Positions 58,119 to 64,000 of a stretch of DNA of 64,000 nt are shown piece by piece; within the stretch, counting starts at the first letter, position 1; each line of letters begins with the position of its first letter. Source of the stretch: Eubacteriales bacterium (GTDB lineage Bacteria; Bacillota; Clostridia; Oscillospirales; CAG-272); contig JAZSIF010000031.1 of the NCBI GenBank assembly GCA_045533675.1, forward strand, positions 11,634 through 75,633. Direction: 5' to 3'. A model generated the notes under the pieces. That model saw nothing but the letters and a program-made list of their open reading frames with translations. It was not told the DNA's origin and searched no databases. Both the position numbers and the translations under genes were made by a program.

Positions 58119-58415
58119 TTACAATTTAAAGCCTTTCTTTTTTCGTTTTTTTTTCTCGTCCCAAAGATGACACTCATTGGCTGACAAACGGACCAACACG
58201 GCATCATCTCCGATACATTCGATTTTGTTCCATGGAATAATCAAATCATCGCATCTTCCCAGACCCAAAAAACCGCTTGATCGAGGAACAATAATTGCCA
58301 AAATTCTGCCGTCACATCGATCAAATTCGAAGTCACAGGGATAACCCAGTTTGCTTCCGTCACACAGATTAATTACTTCTTTTAGTTTCAGATCGCATGT
58401 ACTGAAGCGTTCCAT
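58119..58415 (-). CDS. ylmC: YlmC/YmxH-family sporulation protein (PRC-barrel)
   Basis: FSTCDLKLKEVINLCDGSKLGYPCDFEFD...GRILAIIVP pattern. Confidence 0.85.
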   Translation of the reverse strand: MERFSTCDLKLKEVINLCDGSKLGYPCDFEFDRCDGRILAIIVPRSSGFLGLGRCDDLIIPWNKIECIGDDAVLVRLSANECHLWDEKKKRKKKGFKL

Positions 58416-58468
58416 AAAAACTCCTTTGCAATCGTAATTGATATACTGTATGCAAAGGAGTGTTTTAT

Positions 58469-61165
58469 TTATTCTGTTTTTTGTTTATGGGGTCTCATTC
58501 TTTGCAAGCAGGTGACAAGCAAAAGAACGATTGATGGGATAAAGGTAGCTATGGCATATGCCAACGGGCATTTTTCCATTGCGAACAGACCTCCTATCCT
58601 GACCGCTGTAAAGCAAAGCAAGATAAAAATGATCAAGAAAAAAAGTTCAATCAACAATAGATAATTTTTATAAAGTGTTTTGAATTGGCGGAACGAAGGA
58701 TACAAGACAAGAACCAAAACTGTCAAGTGCAATAAGAGCATGGAGATAAACAGATATTCCGTTTGATACAAGAAAGGTCCGAATATACTGAATAATTCCA
58801 TGACATACGGAATCATCAATGCCAATAATGCGCAGACCATGCAATTTATCACAAGATGTACACTTGCGTGATCACGTTGTATATGGACGGATTGCCTTCG
58901 CACTTTGTGGCGTTCTCGTATTCTCTGGGCAAATACAAAGAAGGCTACGCAATCCATGAGACACGAGCAAAAGATGATGTGTCTTGCGTCTATGATCGTT
59001 TTTCCCAGCATCATTGGAATCACTGCCAGCACAATACGTATGATCTGCGCTGAGACCATATAAGTTAGAAAATCATTTAAAGATCCGATTACTTTGCGTG
59101 CCAGAAGAATCGCATGGATGATGGAGGTAAGTCCCCCTTTTCCTTCTGATGGACGAGGGATCAACATGGAGGCTTGTTCCTTTGCCGTTTGCGTACAAGT
59201 AGTGCTGTGTGGATGTCCCGATGTTCCCAAATCTACGATCTCCATGGCTCCACTCTTATATTCTTCAATCTGAACAGGCGCGCAAGAAATCGTCAGATCC
59301 GCGGATCTATGCAATTCTTTTGGCTGCTCATTGAAGGATAACAAAGCAACTCGTTTCTTCTGAGAATGAACATACTGTATCAGTATTTGAATGTCCTCAT
59401 TTTGAAAGTCTGTATAATGACCAAATGATCCGAATTGATAGGTCAAGGGGAGGTTGTGTGATAAAAGCGCAGATTTGGACACACATCGGTTGGGGGGAGT
59501 TAAACATGGCAGTTGAGGAATCTGTGTAGCATCCGAAAACGAAATCACATGACACCCCAACTCTTCCAGTTTATGAATATGTGCTTTCGCCCTCTCATCA
59601 ATTCCTTCTTTCAAGAAGAGAATTCCGAGAAAACAGCTATTTTCGTCATCGATTCCGTTGTCCGATATTTTTTTGAAAATCAAGGGGATATGGCGACTTG
59701 AAATCATTTTTTTGCAGTGGATAATCAAGGAATTTCTCGATTCATCATTCATGTGTTGCGTCATTCCTGACCTTACTGCAGTTGTGCAACTATGTAACGT
59801 GTCAGGAGACGTGGAAACAGAAAACCAAATTTTCTTTCCCCGCTCCTCTATGCAAAACTTTTCTTCTTCGGTGGTTAAATTTGCCGATAAATACGAAACC
59901 AGCTTGCAACGAATCCGAAGCGCTTCCTTATCCACCGAATAGAGCTGTAAGAATTCAGAAAGCCCTTTCTCGTATTGAGAAGAATGATTCAGTCCTGTGC
60001 TTAAGGATTCGGAGGATGCCATGTAATAGAGCGCAATGATCTCGCTCAAAGCATGTATTCGTTGAGCGGAGGTTGGTTGCGGATAGATAACACCATCTAT
60101 GTCCCAAACTGTGGAAAAATGTGAAATTCCATCGCTCAAGCTTGCTCCGTCCCGCACAAAAATATAGTCAACGTTTGCCAAACGATCCATTGTTTCTGCC
60201 GATTGGAGGACAGACGGATGGGATGCCGATAGTAACCTATGGCACTGCTTTGTGTAAAAGAATACAGCAACAGTGCAAATCATGTGAGACACTCCCGTTG
60301 CCACTACGCTCATGTAAGTCAAAAATGCGGTAGACAACAGAATTGTTCCGCCAAAGAAATGTCCGATCAACAAACTAAAAATACACAAAGGTAAGACCGC
60401 AAGTAATAAACCTGTATTCCATTTTGCGCATTTTCCGCGAAGATTTTGTATGGACTTGGGAAGCATTGGCACGCTTGGACGTTGGATGCCTCCCGTGAGA
60501 GCACCTAAATACGTATATTTCCCGACGGCTGTTACAATGGCACGGGCACTTCCTTTTTTTACAATGGAGCCTGCGTGTATCATGTTCACAGTATCCTTGG
60601 GATGGTTGATTTGTGAAGAGATAAAACCTTCTGCATATTTTTCTAATTGCACATAGTTTTTTTGATCCAATCTCATATTGACCACAAGTTCATCGGAATG
60701 AATCAAGCGGGCATCACAGCAAAGGATATCTCCCGCTTCGATCAAGAGCACATCTCCTGGTACCACATGCCTTGCATCGTCATAAAACAGCTTTCCTTTA
60801 CGAATCAAACGAACCTTCGGATAAAAATAGGACGATAGCTGCTCGGTCGTTCGAACGGAATTGTAATGGAACAAAAAGGAAACGATTAAATTACCGAACA
60901 GCAAAGCCACTACCACAAATCCGGACCCGTAATTATCAAAAAATAATGAAATGATTGCGCAAAAGAACAAGAGCAGCCAAGAAAAATCGGAAATTAAATC
61001 TCCAAAGATGCGAAGCGGAGATTTATGAGGGGTAATAAATACATCTCCCGCATTTTTATTTACACGAGAACGAGCCGCCTTTCGGGATAACCCTGAGGCG
61101 GCATTGGTTTTTAATTTCTCTTCAATTTGTCGAATAGAAAGCTTAGACCACTGTTCTTTCATCAT
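58469..61165 (-). CDS. P-type-ATPase-like membrane protein with degenerate catalytic motifs (probable pseudoenzyme)
   Basis: Cation_ATPase_N-like N-terminus and a P2-type TM/A/P/N layout. DKTGT is replaced by VRDGAS, no TGES is present, and GDGxND is replaced by SFNEQP. The ATG at 61165 overlaps the clpE-like stop (TGATG). Confidence 0.75.
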   Translation of the reverse strand: MMKEQWSKLSIRQIEEKLKTNAASGLSRKAARSRVNKNAGDVFITPHKSPLRIFGDLISDFSWLLLFFCAIISLFFDNYGSGFVVVALLFGNLIVSFLFHYNSVRTTEQLSSYFYPKVRLIRKGKLFYDDARHVVPGDVLLIEAGDILCCDARLIHSDELVVNMRLDQKNYVQLEKYAEGFISSQINHPKDTVNMIHAGSIVKKGSARAIVTAVGKYTYLGALTGGIQRPSVPMLPKSIQNLRGKCAKWNTGLLLAVLPLCIFSLLIGHFFGGTILLSTAFLTYMSVVATGVSHMICTVAVFFYTKQCHRLLSASHPSVLQSAETMDRLANVDYIFVRDGASLSDGISHFSTVWDIDGVIYPQPTSAQRIHALSEIIALYYMASSESLSTGLNHSSQYEKGLSEFLQLYSVDKEALRIRCKLVSYLSANLTTEEEKFCIEERGKKIWFSVSTSPDTLHSCTTAVRSGMTQHMNDESRNSLIIHCKKMISSRHIPLIFKKISDNGIDDENSCFLGILFLKEGIDERAKAHIHKLEELGCHVISFSDATQIPQLPCLTPPNRCVSKSALLSHNLPLTYQFGSFGHYTDFQNEDIQILIQYVHSQKKRVALLSFNEQPKELHRSADLTISCAPVQIEEYKSGAMEIVDLGTSGHPHSTTCTQTAKEQASMLIPRPSEGKGGLTSIIHAILLARKVIGSLNDFLTYMVSAQIIRIVLAVIPMMLGKTIIDARHIIFCSCLMDCVAFFVFAQRIRERHKVRRQSVHIQRDHASVHLVINCMVCALLALMIPYVMELFSIFGPFLYQTEYLFISMLLLHLTVLVLVLYPSFRQFKTLYKNYLLLIELFFLIIFILLCFTAVRIGGLFAMEKCPLAYAIATFIPSIVLLLVTCLQRMRPHKQKTE

Positions 61166-63474
61166 CAGATACACTCAATCCACAATTTGTTTTCCTTCTT
61201 GGAATATTTCAAGGAAATACCCGCAATGGATCGATTGTAATCGGAAATCATCCTCTCGGCAATCAAATCCTCTACATGGCGGCAGATATAGCGACGCATA
61301 TTACGTGCCCCAAACTTCTTGGAAAAGGAGTTTTGCGCAATGTGGGCTACGGCAGCGGGAGAATAACGGAATCCAATGCCCTTTTCTTCCAATGACAGTT
61401 TCAATTCGTCCAGCATAATCGATGCGATCTGTTCAAAATCCTTTTCGCTCAAGGAGCGGAATGTGATAATCTCATCCACACGATTGATGAATTCCGGACG
61501 TAAAAAGCCGGAAAGGGCTTTCATGGTCCGACTGTCGTCAACCAAATTATCCGAAACGGAGAAGCCAACCGTAGCGGCGGAATGATCAGAACCTGCATTG
61601 GTAGTCATAACAAGAATGGTATTTTCAAAATTCACTGTTTTTCCATGGGCATCCGTGATTCTACCATCGTCCAAAATCTGCAAAAGAATATTCAAAACAT
61701 CGGGATGTGCTTTTTCAATTTCATCGAAAAGCACAACCGAATACGGACGACGCCTGATTTTTTCGGTAAGCTGTCCCGCTTCGTCGTATCCGACGTATCC
61801 GGGAGGCGCGCCAATGATTCTGGAAACCGAATGCTTTTCCATAAACTCAGACATATCCAAGCGAATCAAGGTCTCTGGAGAATGGAAAAGATCAGCGGCT
61901 AAGGTTTTTACCAGTTCTGTCTTTCCCACACCTGTAGGTCCCGCGAAAATAAAGGATACAGGCTTTCTTTTGTAAGAAATTCCGGCACGATTGCGCTTGA
62001 TTGCCTTTGCAACCGCCAAAACCGCTTCATCCTGACCGATGATCTTTTGCTTCAGGCGCTCGGCAAGACGATCAATTTTTTCAAATTCATTTTCCGTAAT
62101 TTCGGTGGCGGGAACTCCTGTCCATATTTCAATGACTGAAGCAAGATCTTCTTCTTCCAAATATACCTCATTGCAACAAGGTTCCAATTCCTTGAGTCGC
62201 TCGGAGAGTTTTAATTCTTTTGCTTTAATTTCCGCGATTTTCTCATAGCATTTCTGGGCGTCCTTTTCTTCGGACGGAGGCGCGTTCTCCAAGTTCTCTC
62301 TCTCGTCCTTTAACGCCAAAAGGTCTTCTCGAATCTGTTGCGTTTCATTCAATACAGAGCTATTCAAGGACAGCTTGGACGCAGCCTCATCCAACAGGTC
62401 GATCGCTTTGTCCGGCAAATATCGATCCGTGATATAACGCTCGGATAGAATGACTGCTCGACGTACAACCGCGTCGGAAATTTGAATCGAGTGAAATTCC
62501 TCGTAATAATGCTTGATTCCTTCCAGCATTTTAACCGAGTCATCAATGGAAGGCTCGTTCACCATAACCGGTTGGAATCGACGTTCCAGTGCGGAATCCT
62601 TCTCAATATATTTTCGGTATTCGTTTAGCGTGGTGGCACCAATGATCCTTACTTCTCCGCGAGATAGCGCGGGCTTCAGGATATTTGCGGCATTGATACT
62701 TCCCTCCGCGTCTCCGGCACCGACGATATTATGCACCTCGTCAATAACGAGAATGACGTTTCCGGCTTCCTTCACTTCGTTCAACAGTCCCAAAATACGA
62801 GATTCAAATTGACCTCTAAACTGTGTTCCTGCCACAAGTGCGGTCAGATCCACAAGATAGATCTGTTTGCCTTTTAACTTATAAGGAACGTTGCCGTCAG
62901 CAATTTTTTGTGCCAATGCCTCGGCAATTGCCGTTTTTCCTACACCGGGTTCACCAATCAAGCAAGGATTGTTTTTCTGTCGGCGACAAAGAATCTGAAT
63001 GACACGTGCCAGTTCGTTTTCTCTGCCAATAATTCGATCCAGCTTTCCAGCTGCCGCGCGTGCGGTCAAATTCCTGCAGTAGGTATCAAGAAATTTATAT
63101 TTCTTCTGATTTGTTGCAGTGAATTTTTTGTCTTTTTTAGAATTGGGCGGTGTGGGTTTGTTGACAGGAAGCTCTCCTTCCTTATACAAGGTAGGAGGAT
63201 CGATAGCGGGTGCGCCGCCTTCCTCAAGATCATCGTTCACAGAGGGAAGATTTTGATTTTCAATCAAGAAATTGTTAACATCATCCTCCATATTTTCCAA
63301 TTGTTCTGCCGAAATGCCCAGCTGGTTCATCATGTTTCCAAGCATATTATCCACGGGAATTCCAAGCTCTCTGGCACATTTGATGCACAGTCCCTCGGCA
63401 GATTTATTTCCATTTTCGATCTTGTTTACAAATACAACTGCCACTCTCTTGTGGCATTTAGAACACATTACCAT
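61165..63474 (-). CDS. clpE: Class I Clp/Hsp100 ATPase with an N-terminal zinc ribbon (ClpE-like)
   Basis: CSKC-x21-CIKC N-terminus. Two AAA+ modules (GEPGVGKTA and GPTGVGKTE), a short coiled-coil M-domain and GARNMRR. The start is uncertain (63474 or 63486). Confidence 0.85.
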   Translation of the reverse strand: MVMCSKCHKRVAVVFVNKIENGNKSAEGLCIKCARELGIPVDNMLGNMMNQLGISAEQLENMEDDVNNFLIENQNLPSVNDDLEEGGAPAIDPPTLYKEGELPVNKPTPPNSKKDKKFTATNQKKYKFLDTYCRNLTARAAAGKLDRIIGRENELARVIQILCRRQKNNPCLIGEPGVGKTAIAEALAQKIADGNVPYKLKGKQIYLVDLTALVAGTQFRGQFESRILGLLNEVKEAGNVILVIDEVHNIVGAGDAEGSINAANILKPALSRGEVRIIGATTLNEYRKYIEKDSALERRFQPVMVNEPSIDDSVKMLEGIKHYYEEFHSIQISDAVVRRAVILSERYITDRYLPDKAIDLLDEAASKLSLNSSVLNETQQIREDLLALKDERENLENAPPSEEKDAQKCYEKIAEIKAKELKLSERLKELEPCCNEVYLEEEDLASVIEIWTGVPATEITENEFEKIDRLAERLKQKIIGQDEAVLAVAKAIKRNRAGISYKRKPVSFIFAGPTGVGKTELVKTLAADLFHSPETLIRLDMSEFMEKHSVSRIIGAPPGYVGYDEAGQLTEKIRRRPYSVVLFDEIEKAHPDVLNILLQILDDGRITDAHGKTVNFENTILVMTTNAGSDHSAATVGFSVSDNLVDDSRTMKALSGFLRPEFINRVDEIITFRSLSEKDFEQIASIMLDELKLSLEEKGIGFRYSPAAVAHIAQNSFSKKFGARNMRRYICRHVEDLIAERMISDYNRSIAGISLKYSKKENKLWIECI

Positions 63475-63501
63475 AGTGATTTGCAAACGGGTATTTCACC
63501 G

Positions 63502-64000
63502 TTACTGTTCCTTTCGGATTTTTAGTAAATCGCCCTTTTTCGGCTCAAGTTTTTTTAAAAACGCGTAATGACGGATGTAGGCAATCAAGGAGAAAATTGC
63601 GCAAACAACCGCGGGAATATAAATTATGATTCCAAGCACCTTATTATTCAGGAAAAATTCTCTAAAGAAAATAGACGCGCCAATGGTGGCATAAAACAAG
63701 CATACCGTCATTTTTCCATACCATTTGCTGACTACCGCTACGCTTCTTCTCTTGATTACGATTAAGCCGATCAAAAGTGTGAACAATTCCTTGGCAATGA
63801 ACGGTATTACAAACCACAGAGGAATATAATCCTCGATCAAAAGACAGATCAATACCGTGCACTGCATCAGCTTGTCCGCCAAGGGGTCAAGAATCTTACC
63901 TAAGGTAGTAATCCACTGATTTCTTCTGGCAAGATACCCGTCCAGAACATCCGTAGCGCCTGCCAAGAAAAATACGAATATTGCCCAATACACCTCTCCC
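63502..64000 (-). CDS. pgsA: CDP-diacylglycerol--glycerol-3-phosphate 3-phosphatidyltransferase (5' end outside the window)
   Basis: CDP-alcohol phosphatidyltransferase motif DVLDGYLARR...GKILDPLADK. The frame is open to the window edge. Confidence 0.85.
   Translation of the reverse strand, partial: GEVYWAIFVFFLAGATDVLDGYLARRNQWITTLGKILDPLADKLMQCTVLICLLIEDYIPLWFVIPFIAKELFTLLIGLIVIKRRSVAVVSKWYGKMTVCLFYATIGASIFFREFFLNNKVLGIIIYIPAVVCAIFSLIAYIRHYAFLKKLEPKKGDLLKIRKEQ

Noticed and set aside
1-64000. Scan for rRNA, tRNA, CRISPR arrays, IS elements or prophage genes, and large repeats
   Set aside because: I saw no cloverleaf-like or rRNA-like segments, no regularly spaced direct repeats, and no transposase, terminase or capsid-like ORFs. 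The only recombinase is a single Xer-type gene without flanking repeats. By-eye scanning cannot exclude short or degenerate elements.

Overview
This 64 kb window looks like core chromosome from a spore-forming Firmicute of the class Clostridia. That placement rests on spoIVA, spoIIID, pdaA-like, ylmC/ymxH and DUF1540 genes, GGAGG-type ribosome-binding sites, and AT-rich spacers carrying sigma-A-like promoters.

I call about 65 protein-coding genes, almost all with recognisable housekeeping functions:
- the 3' part of an [FeFe]-hydrogenase gene
- two polysaccharide deacetylases
- an amino-acid ABC transporter
- a phosphoglucomutase-family gene
- a complete histidine operon (yerC-like regulator, then hisZGDCBHAF-IE)
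- yajC, rimM-trmD, ptsH, uvrC, rsmD-coaD, spoIVA, a Xer-type recombinase and fba
- a COG0523 GTPase pair
- tig-clpP-clpX and thrC
- yraN-rnhB-rbgA-lepB, preceded by an apgM-like gene
- spoIIID, proC, a serpin, nfnAB, rpsB-tsf and ylmC
- a P-type-ATPase-like gene, a clpE-like gene, and the 3' part of pgsA

I found no rRNA, tRNA, CRISPR array, transposase or prophage. Several hairpin terminators and near-consensus promoters are visible.

The best candidate for an undescribed system is the operon at 10.2-13.2 kb. It encodes a 2-TM protein, an HPr-kinase-like P-loop protein, a PqqD-type peptide-recognition protein, an anchor-less SipW-type peptidase homologue and an HD phosphohydrolase. It has no recognisable precursor peptide or core RiPP enzyme.

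Other observations worth a second look:
- two apparent pseudoenzymes: a P-type ATPase with its catalytic motifs replaced, and a possible dead CpsB/PHP phosphatase
- a protein of about 8% cysteine with a CCCCCC run
- a His-rich COG0523 GTPase paired with a G3E-like/DUF1980-like fusion
- a lipoprotein serpin
- a variant hydrogenase L1 motif
- an AraC gene remnant

All family assignments come from reading the translated sequences and from motif memory. No database search was run.
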